Below are positions 54,966-63,231 of a stretch of DNA of 64,000 nt, in pieces; the stretch's first letter is position 1; every line of letters begins with the position of its first letter. The DNA lies in contig JACTMJ010000002.1 of assembly GCA_014584705.1 (NCBI GenBank), positions 74,914 through 138,913 on the forward strand, written 5' to 3'. Position numbers and translations under genes: made by a program. This DNA comes from Acidobacteriota bacterium (GTDB lineage: Bacteria > Acidobacteriota > Terriglobia > Bryobacterales > Bryobacteraceae). The notes beneath the pieces are model-generated. The model saw only the letters and a program-made list of their open reading frames with translations, did no database searches and was not told the origin of the DNA.

Positions 54966-55347
54966 AGAGACGCCTCCGGCAAGCAATCCCGGCAGCGCAC
55001 CATGACGCCTTCGGTGGACGGCGGGGAAAGCAGGCTCACGATCAGCCGTCGATTTTCGACAGCCGTTTCCTGGCCGGACAGCCTGTTCGTTCTCGGCAAC
55101 CCGTTCGCGTCAGGCAGTGCATTCGTATTTGGTAATCCCTTCAGAGCAGAGCGGCCGCTTCCCGACGGGACGGTAATCGCTGAGAGCCTCGGATCCGCGG
55201 AAGTGGCTCGCGATTGCACGGCAGGCACGCCAGTCTTCGAGGGCAAGGAATTTCGAAGCGGGCGCTCGTTGGCAGCGGGCCGTGAGTTGGCAGCGGATCG
55301 GCGAATTCGCACGACGGGGACCACTTCCCCGCGACGGTACGTTCGCG

Positions 55348-55437
55348 GCCCACCCGTTCACGACCCACACGGGCGCAGCCCACACGGTCGCGGCCCACAT
55401 ATTCACTGCCCACACCGTCGTAGCCCGTCGGCGAACG
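55348..55437. repeat. six degenerate 15-nt tandem units, each starting with GCCCAC (minus strand: ending GTGGGC)
   Basis: GCCCAC-like hexamers occur at 55348, 55363, 55378, 55393, 55408 and 55423, an exact 15-nt phase, inside a region with no convincing ORF. Confidence 0.7.
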
Positions 55438-55740
55438 GACCTCGTTCGGGCGCTGGACTTCCGAAAATCTGATGGCTGAATCTCGGCGAACCCGGCTGCC
55501 GCGGGCCGACCCCGCGACAAGTGGGAGGGAGTTCCGGCTCCCGAGCCCTCCCCGCGTTCGAGACGAGGCGGCGGGAGCCGGCTTTCCAATCCCGCCTGCC
55601 TCAAGAACCCCCGGAATCGAGGCGATGCTCGACTGCAAGTACCAAGCCCTTTGGGAATGCGTTGTGCTGCCTGGACAGGATCCGCCTCGCGCGGGAATCG
55701 ACCGGAGAGCAGCCCTGGAATGCCAGAGCGCCAGCGGTGT

Positions 55741-56595
55741 CTATGCCGCTCTGGGAGCGGCGAACACAGAGACTTTTTCCAGGATCTCCTGCTTAAGCGC
55801 GTTTGGGTTGGTGTCGATACGGCGGCGAGCGGGTTGCGGCAGCATATCCACCAGGTCTTCAAACGAGTAGGTATCGGATTCAGGGGTAACGGAGAAGCCA
55901 ATCAGGTTCGTAATTCGGTTCGTGATCCGCAGCAGGTTTCCCAACTCCCGGTCGCCCGGTTCCGGAGCCTCGTGATGGGTTTGGGCAACGAAACGGACTT
56001 CCGGAGGCAGGCTCCATTCCGCGGCCAGCCATGCTCCGGCCATGCAGTGGTCGATATCGAAAATGTCGAGTTCCGCCTGGATCAGCGGCAGCCCTTCCTC
56101 GGCGGCGACGTCGAGCAAGCGCGCATACTCTTGCGGATAAGCGGTCATCATCCCCAAGCGGCCCACATCATGCAGCAATCCCGCCATGTACGCCCGTTCC
56201 GCCGGAATCCCGCAACCGCGGGCGACGTTTTCGGTGAGCACCGCGCACGCCAGGCAGTGGATCCAGCAATCGAGCAGCCGCTGATAGCGGAGCGCGGATT
56301 TGATCTGTGCGTTCAAGGCCACCATCATCACCAGAGCTTTCACCCGCTCGAGGCCAACAATCGAGATGGCGTGGGCAATGTCGCTGACCTGCTGGGAGAA
56401 GCCAAACAGCGAAGAGTTTGCCAGTCGCAGGAGTTCAAAGGAGAAAGTGGGATCAATCCGAATGACGTCGGAAAGCTGTGCATTGGAAACATTCGGATCC
56501 TGCAACAGGCCCAGCAGGCGGTTGGCCACCGGCGGAAACGGCGGCAGTTGCCGCAGTGCCCAAGGGTATTTCGGAATCGAATTCAACTTTTCCAT
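55741..56595 (-). CDS. stand-alone HDOD-domain protein
   Basis: LPPFPPVANRLLGLLQDPNVSNAQLSDVIRIDPTFSFELLRLANSSLFG...ISIVGLERVKALV...GLLHDVGRL is a typical HDOD domain. No other domain was recognised. Confidence 0.88.
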   Translation of the reverse strand: MEKLNSIPKYPWALRQLPPFPPVANRLLGLLQDPNVSNAQLSDVIRIDPTFSFELLRLANSSLFGFSQQVSDIAHAISIVGLERVKALVMMVALNAQIKSALRYQRLLDCWIHCLACAVLTENVARGCGIPAERAYMAGLLHDVGRLGMMTAYPQEYARLLDVAAEEGLPLIQAELDIFDIDHCMAGAWLAAEWSLPPEVRFVAQTHHEAPEPGDRELGNLLRITNRITNLIGFSVTPESDTYSFEDLVDMLPQPARRRIDTNPNALKQEILEKVSVFAAPRAA

Positions 56596-56715
56596 AGCTT
56601 CTTTCCTGTCCGCTGCCCGCTCGTTTTCCCGTCAGTGCGTCCCGCTCGTTCTTCCCGCCTCTTCGTCGCTGGTTCGCATGGTGCATGGCCGCGCGATACC
56701 ATCGCCTCATTGGTT

Positions 56716-56742
56716 TTATCGGCTCCTCCGGCGAAAGGTTTA
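56716..56742 (-). promoter_or_regulatory. sigma-28 (FliA) promoter upstream of the HDOD gene
   Basis: The minus strand reads TAAA-cctttcgccggagga-GCCGATAA, an exact consensus with a 15-nt spacer. The -10 element ends about 120 nt upstream of ATG 56595. Confidence 0.75.
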
Positions 56743-56960
56743 TGAAGTTTCCCGAAATTCTCGAAGACTTTTCTTTCCGGGGGTATGGACGTAATGCGGT
56801 GTCGGCCCCTCCCGCATCGGAGACCGGGCGACGGCGCTTCCACTCGTGAGAACATAGGGGTTTGAGGAAAGGCGCTCGCTAGATTCTTGTCATCATTTTC
56901 GCCACTTCCCGTGAGAGCGACGCCGTTTCCCGATTCCCCGATGTCAGGAGCAACACGTCC

Positions 56961-58370
56961 ATGAGCGACCAGAAGCTGAGCAGTGAACAAGAGTTTCGCA
57001 TCGAAAAGGACTCGATGGGAGAGGTGCGCGTGCCCGCCGCGGCGCTCTACGCCGCCCAAACCCAGCGCGCGCTGGAGAATTTCCCCGTGAGCGGCATCCC
57101 CTTCCCCCGCCCGTTCATCCGCGCGCTGGGGTTGGTGAAAGGAACGGCCGCGGAGGTAAACCGCTCCCTGGGCCTCCTCGATCCGGCCGTAGCGAGCGCC
57201 GTCGCCGCCGCCGCCGCCGAGGTGGAGGCCGGGGAACACGACTCCCAGTTCCCGCTGGACATCTTCCAGACTGGCTCCGGCACGTCCACGAACATGAACA
57301 CCAATGAGGTGATTGCGACGCTGGCCACGCGGAAGCTAGGCAGCAAGGTCCATCCCAACGATCACGTGAATTGCAGCCAGAGCTCCAACGACGTGATCCC
57401 CACGGCCATGCACGTCAGCGCTCTGACGGAGACGGCGGAGAAGCTCATCCCGGCCCTGGAGCACATCGCGGGTGTGATTGACCGAAAGGCGGCCGAAGTG
57501 GACCACGTCGTTACCACCGGGCGCACCCATCTGATGGACGCCATGCCAATCCGCCTTAGCCAGGAACTGGGCGGCTGGAGCGGGCAAGTCAAGGACTGCA
57601 TCGCACGCCTGAAGGCCACTTACCCCCGCATCGGAGCGCTCGCGCTGGGCGGAACCGCGATCGGAACGGGGATCAACGCGCACCCCGAGTTCGGCGGGAA
57701 GGTAGCCGAGGCCCTCGCCGCCAAGACCGGGTTGCCCTTCGTAACCAGTTCCAACTACTTCGTGAGCCTTTCGAGCCTGGACGCGGTCGCGGAGCTTAGC
57801 GGCCAGTTGAAGACATACGCGGTTGCGCTGATGAAGATTGCGAACGACCTCCGCTGGATGAACAGCGGGCCCGTCCACGGCATCGCGGAAATCGCGCTGC
57901 CTTCGTTGCAGCCGGGCTCCAGCATCATGCCGGCGAAGGTGAATCCGGTGGTGCCGGAATCCGCCGCAATGGTCTGCGCGCAGGTCATCGGCAATGACGC
58001 AACCATCACGATCGCGGCGCAGAGCGGCAACTTTCAGCTCAATGTGATGCTGCCCGTGGCCGCCTACAACCTGCTGCAGAGCATCCACATTCTGGCTACC
58101 GCCAGCCGGATGCTCGCGGACAAGGCCATCGCCGGCTTCACCGTGAATGAAGCCAAAATTGCTTCGCTCGTGGAGATGAACCCCATCCTTGTGACTGCCC
58201 TCAATCCGATCATCGGCTATGAGAAAGGTGCGGCCGTGGCGAAGCTGGCTGCCAAGGAAGGCCGGAGGGTGAAGGATGTGGCTGCCGAGCAGACGGACCT
58301 CTCGCCGGAACATCTCGCGGAAATTCTCGACCCCCGCAAGCTGACCGAAGGCGGCGTGGCGGACGCCTGA
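56961..58370 (+). CDS. fumC: class II fumarate hydratase
   Basis: FRIEKDSMGEVRVPAAALYAAQTQRA, and GSSIMPAKVNP, a variant of the GSSxMPxKxN signature. 469 aa. Confidence 0.97.
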   Translation: MSDQKLSSEQEFRIEKDSMGEVRVPAAALYAAQTQRALENFPVSGIPFPRPFIRALGLVKGTAAEVNRSLGLLDPAVASAVAAAAAEVEAGEHDSQFPLDIFQTGSGTSTNMNTNEVIATLATRKLGSKVHPNDHVNCSQSSNDVIPTAMHVSALTETAEKLIPALEHIAGVIDRKAAEVDHVVTTGRTHLMDAMPIRLSQELGGWSGQVKDCIARLKATYPRIGALALGGTAIGTGINAHPEFGGKVAEALAAKTGLPFVTSSNYFVSLSSLDAVAELSGQLKTYAVALMKIANDLRWMNSGPVHGIAEIALPSLQPGSSIMPAKVNPVVPESAAMVCAQVIGNDATITIAAQSGNFQLNVMLPVAAYNLLQSIHILATASRMLADKAIAGFTVNEAKIASLVEMNPILVTALNPIIGYEKGAAVAKLAAKEGRRVKDVAAEQTDLSPEHLAEILDPRKLTEGGVADA

Positions 58371-58409
58371 GCGCGGCAACCTCGCAACAATTCCGACCTG
58401 CATTTGGAA

Positions 58410-58434
58410 AGCGGCCCCGGCCTCGCGGGCCGCT
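58410..58434. terminator. hairpin between convergent fumC and the Roadblock gene
   Basis: agcggccc-cggcctcgc-gggccgct (8-bp stem). The flanks are weakly T-rich on both strands. Confidence 0.45.
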
Positions 58435-58490
58435 CTTCCGTCTTTGGGAAGCAAGCGCGCCGCGCCGGCCGACTGCGATTTCCGTCGGGT

Positions 58491-59051
58491 CTAGCCCTCG
58501 CGCGCGAACTCCTGCACGGAACTGTGTTTTTCCGCGTCGCGGTAGAGCGGATCGTCGTCATCGGCGGGCGATGTGCTATAGCTTTCGAGCGAAGCCAACG
58601 CTTGCAGGGTGCGCCGCATGCTGCCCTGATCCTCTTCGTCGCGGGTGTCTTCCCGCTCTTCGAGCGCGCGAGCCTGCTCTGGATCGAGTATCCCCAGAAT
58701 TTCGTCCGCATACTTGCGGGAATAGTACATCACCATCCCGATGCTGCACCCCTCGTAGGCAACGGCGGCCAGTACCGCGCGGTTCCCCACCGCTACCACG
58801 CTCACCCAGCCCTCGAAGCCCTTGAAGCAGACTTCCTGCAATGCACCGCAGCCGCCTACTTCGGCCACCCGCCGTCCAATGCCCAGGGAAGATGCGCTCA
58901 GCGCGGCCAGGGCCTCCGCCTGATCGTTAAGATTCCGGTGCGTCACCGCTACGCCGTCCGCCGTAGCCAGCAAACAGCCACGAATGCCGCGTGTGGAGGA
59001 AGCGAGCTCCTCCAATGGGATTTCGATTTGTCGCAGGGTTTGCTGGTCCAT
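58491..59051 (-). CDS. Roadblock/LC7 (MglB-like) domain protein with acidic C-terminal extension
   Basis: GIRGCLLATADGVAVTH...SLGIGRRVAEV...GWVSVVAVGNRAVLAAVA matches the Roadblock/LC7 fold pattern. Lies 15 nt downstream of the GTPase gene. Confidence 0.8.
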   Translation of the reverse strand: MDQQTLRQIEIPLEELASSTRGIRGCLLATADGVAVTHRNLNDQAEALAALSASSLGIGRRVAEVGGCGALQEVCFKGFEGWVSVVAVGNRAVLAAVAYEGCSIGMVMYYSRKYADEILGILDPEQARALEEREDTRDEEDQGSMRRTLQALASLESYSTSPADDDDPLYRDAEKHSSVQEFAREG

Positions 59052-59066
59052 GGCAGAATTGTACTC

Positions 59067-59621
59067 CTAAACGAGGCTAAATGATCCTTCAGATCTCAAA
59101 GAGTTCGATTTCGGTGCCACGTACTCAAAGAGGATCCGCAGCGTTTCAAGAGCGCTCTCCCGGCTCCTTGCATCCACATTTACAACACAATCCGGAGGAA
59201 CCCCAAGATAAATCCCTACTTCTTCAGGCGGCCATTCTTCACTGAGATCGGTGCGCGTAAGTCCTATGACGGTTGGTACGTCGATGAATTTCTGGAGGAA
59301 CTTCAAGGTCTTCTTTGCTTCGACAAAGCAGGCCGGGCGGTCTGCCGCCACCAGCAGAACGAGGGCGTGCGCGCCATTGCATGTGACCTCCCAGAGGAAA
59401 TCGAAGCGCTCCTGGCCGGGCACACCGAAAAGCAGAATCCGGACATCGTCCACGTCCATCGTCCCGAAATCGATGCCGACCGTGGTTCCCACCTTCCCGA
59501 TGTCTTCGCTGGCGAGAACATCGGTGTCCACAAATGGCGTATCGGACAGTGTGCGAACAAATGTGGATTTTCCGGAGCCAACCGGCCCTGCAACGAGGAT
59601 TTTCGCGACGTATTCCTGCAT
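59067..59621 (-). CDS. small Ras-like GTPase of the MglA/CvnD (COG2229) type
   Basis: GGGGAG followed by 5 nt then ATG 59621. P-loop GPVGSGKST. G3 is FGVPGQERF, with no Asp as in MglA/CvnD. The G4-like motif is TRTD instead of NKxD. Confidence 0.8.
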   Translation of the reverse strand: MQEYVAKILVAGPVGSGKSTFVRTLSDTPFVDTDVLASEDIGKVGTTVGIDFGTMDVDDVRILLFGVPGQERFDFLWEVTCNGAHALVLLVAADRPACFVEAKKTLKFLQKFIDVPTVIGLTRTDLSEEWPPEEVGIYLGVPPDCVVNVDARSRESALETLRILFEYVAPKSNSLRSEGSFSLV

Positions 59622-59810
59622 TCCGACTCCCCTGAACTCGTTAGCCCGCGTCCGCCTACGAACACTTCGCATCGGATACAACGCCGTGATCACGATGGGG
59701 CTTGCGACAATTCCACTTTCCCCGAGATTGCCGGGGAAAGGTAGGCGAAGATAAAAGAAAGCCATTCCAGCACAACACCAAACCGGTAGGCCTTTGGTTT
59801 ATCCCGGCGG

Positions 59811-59839
59811 TGTAAGTGATTATACAAGAATCACTTACA
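59811..59839. repeat. 11-bp perfect inverted repeat with a 7-nt spacer in an AT-rich gap
   Basis: tgtaagtgatt-atacaag-aatcacttaca, followed by the 8-bp palindrome tagtacta (59845-52). Lies about 190 nt upstream of the GTPase ATG. Confidence 0.9.
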
Positions 59840-59974
59840 TAAGCTAGTACTATATGGTTAATTTTGACAATCCTGACCGGGTTTAGGCCGGGAAAGCGGT
59901 TCGTCCGCTGCCGAAATGGCTGAAATTGGGGCGGAGACGGGGAATCGGATGAGCAAGCACCGCCGGCTGAGCGC

Positions 59975-60988
59975 CTACGTGAGGCAGACCACGCTCGGGA
60001 GCGCGCCGGACGCCCGTTTATCGAGGGCATCCCTCTCCGCATCCACCATGATCCTGACGAGATCCCGGAACGAAGTACGGGGCTCCCATCCAAGCAGTCG
60101 GCGCGCTTTGGAGGCATCCGCTTGCAGCGCGTCCACTTCCGACGGGCGAAAATATCGCGGATCAATGACGACATAGTCGCGCCAGTCCAGGTTCACGAGT
60201 GCGAAGCACTCTTCCACAAATTCCTGAACCGAGTGGGTCTCACCGGTGCCAATCACAAAGTCGCCCGGCTCAGATTGCTGCGCCATCAGCCACATTGCTT
60301 CCACGTATTCCGGCGCGTATCCCCAGTCACGCTTTGCGTCGAGGTTCCCGAGGAAGAGTTTTTCCTGCAAACCCCGCGCGATGTGTGCCGCGGCCCGTGC
60401 AATCTTGCGGGTAACGAAGGTTTCCCCGCGCCGGGGAGATTCGTGATTGAAAAGAATCCCGCTTGAAGCGTGCATCCCGTAACCTTCGCGGTAGTTCACC
60501 GTGATGGAGTGTGCGAAGAGCTTCGCGCATGCGTAAGGGCTGCGCGGGTGGAACACCGCCCGCTCATCCTGGGGCGGAGAGGTCGCGCCGAACATCTCGC
60601 TCGAACTTGCCTGGTAGTAGCGGGCCTTCACCCCCGTGCCGCGCATCGCTTCCAGAAGCCGAAGGGCGCCCGTCGCCGTGATATCGGCTGTGTACTCGGG
60701 GATGTCAAAACTCACTCGAACGTGGCTCTGCGCCGCCAGGTTGTAAACCTCATCGGGGCGAATGTCGTAGAGCAATTTCCAAAGACTGCTGGCGTCGCTC
60801 AAGTCCGCGAAGTGCAGGTAGAAATTCGGCTTCTCGTGGGGATCTTCGTAGATCGGGTCCACCCGTTCCGTATTGAAGCTGGACGAGCGCCGCTTGATGC
60901 CATGCACTTCGTAACCCTTCGCCAGCAGGAACTCGGCGAGATAGCTGCCGTCCTGCCCGGTAACCCCCGTAATTAGCGCTCGACGCAT
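59975..60988 (-). CDS. gmd: GDP-mannose 4,6-dehydratase
   Basis: [41 protein letters not shown]..., YACAKL, and the full 337-aa Gmd pattern. Confidence 0.96.
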   Translation of the reverse strand: MRRALITGVTGQDGSYLAEFLLAKGYEVHGIKRRSSSFNTERVDPIYEDPHEKPNFYLHFADLSDASSLWKLLYDIRPDEVYNLAAQSHVRVSFDIPEYTADITATGALRLLEAMRGTGVKARYYQASSSEMFGATSPPQDERAVFHPRSPYACAKLFAHSITVNYREGYGMHASSGILFNHESPRRGETFVTRKIARAAAHIARGLQEKLFLGNLDAKRDWGYAPEYVEAMWLMAQQSEPGDFVIGTGETHSVQEFVEECFALVNLDWRDYVVIDPRYFRPSEVDALQADASKARRLLGWEPRTSFRDLVRIMVDAERDALDKRASGALPSVVCLT

Positions 60989-61069
60989 CGGCCCGGCTCC
61001 CCCTTTGAGCGTGCGTGCCGGGGCAAACCGTTGGGAACGTAGCCCTGCGAACGCCCGCTCTGTACGGGT

Positions 61070-61096
61070 ATATCGGCGTTGGAACGCAGATCTTTA
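61070..61096 (-). promoter_or_regulatory. sigma-28 (FliA) promoter upstream of gmd
   Basis: The minus strand reads TAAA-gatctgcgttccaac-GCCGATAT (15-nt spacer). Lies in the 125-nt gap between the upstream gene stop (61114) and the gmd ATG (60988). Confidence 0.7.
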
Positions 61097-61113
61097 GGAG
61101 CTTCTAAGCCGCT

Positions 61114-61800
61114 TTAAGGCGTGGGCGTGCGATCCGCCCTTCCGCGCCGGAGATCCGGCAGGAACTCATTCACGGCATTCCCGCCCATCCTGCCAAGGAA
61201 TCCGTAGAGCACCCGCAGGAGAGCGTCCCCCGCGGAAGACTGGCTTCCCACCCGCCATGCGTTCTGCATGAAGTTGCTTGATGGAATGGCAATGAAGCGC
61301 GAATAGGCAGGCATCCGTTCCCCACGCGCATTGGTGGCCGTGACGCTGGAGAGCAAGACGTGCCCGATGCGCCCCTTGAGGTCGCCGCGAAGCGTGCCGC
61401 CCTTGCGATAATAGCGGGGATCTTCCCCCCAGATCCCGCCGAGGCCGGCTTCCATTCCGTTGCTAATGGCAAGGCCCGAAATAGCCAAACCATAGCGTTT
61501 CCCGAATCCGCCCCAGGTTTCCGGATACTCGTGCGGGGATCGCCAGGCAGTAGACCACGCGGCACTAAAGACCGAACTGCTTACGGCTGCCGTGCCGGTA
61601 CCGCGCAGATACCATTGCAGGCGGTCTTTGCCGGTAGCGGGAACATAATCGCGAACGGAGGTCGGCAACGGTATGACGGCGGGCGCTGCGGCGTCCGCAT
61701 TCGCCTCCTGGCCGGTGGCAGGAGTCTCAGCCGCCGCGAATTGGGGTATGATCGCAAGCAGACAACTGAGCACCAACCCCAGAACTCGGTCTCTGAGCAT
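61114..61800 (-). CDS. hypothetical exported protein
   Basis: GGGAGG followed by 7 nt then ATG 61800. Signal peptide MLRDRVLGLVLSCLLAIIPQFAAAE. No family recognised. Confidence 0.5.
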   Translation of the reverse strand: MLRDRVLGLVLSCLLAIIPQFAAAETPATGQEANADAAAPAVIPLPTSVRDYVPATGKDRLQWYLRGTGTAAVSSSVFSAAWSTAWRSPHEYPETWGGFGKRYGLAISGLAISNGMEAGLGGIWGEDPRYYRKGGTLRGDLKGRIGHVLLSSVTATNARGERMPAYSRFIAIPSSNFMQNAWRVGSQSSAGDALLRVLYGFLGRMGGNAVNEFLPDLRRGRADRTPTP

Positions 61801-61986
61801 CGAACCACCTCCCGATTTCAGCCAGCTTTCTGGATCCGGAACGCACCGCGCCCCACCGCGGGTGCAGCCCGCCGAAACATCCATGTGTTCTTCGGGTCAC
61901 GCCCTTACAGAATAGCCTTGTTTTCGCCGATATCCGCCGTTCCAACTCCGATCTGACGGCAACGCGATGAAATACTATAAGGAGGT

Positions 61987-63210
61987 ATGGGCATTTTCTC
62001 GGGACGCAAGACACCCCAGTTCCGGCTGGAACAGGTAATGGATCTGGAAAAGGCGTATGTCTTGCAAAATTATGGCCGCTACCCGCTGCTGCTCTTGCGG
62101 GGCGAAGGCCCCTACGTCTGGGACGACCGCGGCCGGCAGTATCTCGATTTCATCGCGGGCATCGGCGTCAATGGCTTCGGCCATGCGCATCCTCGCATTG
62201 TGAAAGTGATTCAGGAGCAGGCGGCGCTGATGATCCACTGCTCAAACCTGTACTACAACCCCTACCAGGGCATCCTCGCCAAACGCCTGGCGAGCATTAG
62301 CGGCCTGCAGCGCACCTTTTTCGCCAATACGGGCACAGAGGCGATGGAAGGCGCCATCAAGATGATCCGCTCCCATGGCCGCGCCATTTCGCCCGCCAAG
62401 CACGAAATCGTCTCGCTCGAAAACTCCTTCCACGGAAGATCCACCGGAGCGCTGGCGCTCACCGGCCAGCCGAAGTACCGGAAAGATTTTGAGCCACTGC
62501 TGCCCGGAGTGAAGTACGTCCCCAAGCAGGATATCGCCGCGCTCGAGGCCGCCGTCAACGAGAACACGGCGGGCATCGTACTCGAAGTGGTTCAGGGCGA
62601 GGGAGGGATCTATCTGATCGACGAGGCTTTCCTGCGCAAAGCGCGCTCCCTGGCGGACAAGTTCAACGCCCTGCTCGCATTCGACGAGATCCAATGCGGC
62701 GTGGGGCGTGTGGGCAAGTATTTCGCTTACCAGATGTACGACCCCGCCGTGATGCCCGACATCATGGTGACCGCGAAGCCCATCGGAGCGGGGCTGCCCC
62801 TCGGCGTGATCTGCTCGAATGAGAAGGCATCGGTCACGATTGGCGCCGGGATGCACGGAACCACCTTTGGCGGCGGACCCCTCGCCTGCCGCGTGGGAAT
62901 CGAGTCTCTCGATCTTCTCGAGGAATTGCTGCCTTCCATCCGCGAGGTGGGTGCCTACTTCAAAGAACAACTCCGCAAGCTGGCGTCCCGCCACAGAATG
63001 GTCAAGGAAGTGCGGGGCACGGGCCTGATGCTGGGCATGGAGCTTGATCGCCCTGGGAAAGACCTCGTCACCGACGCGATGAATGAGGGCCTGCTGATCA
63101 ACTGCACCAACAACACCGTGCTGCGCTTCCTGCCGCCCTTCGTCATCCGCAAGAAGGATGTGGACCGGGCGGTAAAGGTGCTCGACAAGGTGCTGAAGCG
63201 CGCCGCGTAG
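61987..63210 (+). CDS. argD: acetylornithine/class-III aminotransferase
   Basis: YVLQNYGRYPLLLLRGEGPYVWDDRGRQYLDF, FDEIQCGVGRVGK, TFGGGPLA. The alternative start ATG 62038 gives the more typical N-terminus. Confidence 0.9.
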   Translation: MGIFSGRKTPQFRLEQVMDLEKAYVLQNYGRYPLLLLRGEGPYVWDDRGRQYLDFIAGIGVNGFGHAHPRIVKVIQEQAALMIHCSNLYYNPYQGILAKRLASISGLQRTFFANTGTEAMEGAIKMIRSHGRAISPAKHEIVSLENSFHGRSTGALALTGQPKYRKDFEPLLPGVKYVPKQDIAALEAAVNENTAGIVLEVVQGEGGIYLIDEAFLRKARSLADKFNALLAFDEIQCGVGRVGKYFAYQMYDPAVMPDIMVTAKPIGAGLPLGVICSNEKASVTIGAGMHGTTFGGGPLACRVGIESLDLLEELLPSIREVGAYFKEQLRKLASRHRMVKEVRGTGLMLGMELDRPGKDLVTDAMNEGLLINCTNNTVLRFLPPFVIRKKDVDRAVKVLDKVLKRAA

Positions 63211-63231
63211 GCTCTCCCCTCTCGCTGCGTT

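Noticed and set aside
55002-55901. ORFs 55002..55472(+), 55141..55638(-) and 55110..55901(-) as genes
   Set aside because: All three products are Arg/Pro/Gly-rich with no motifs. Hand-counted third-position GC is similar in the tested frames, so no frame stands out. They are retained only as part of the unassigned-region finding.
61925-61932. GCCGATAT upstream of argD
   Set aside because: No TAAA-like -35 lies at the required 15-16-nt distance (ACAG/TACA instead). A sigma-28 promoter here is unlikely.
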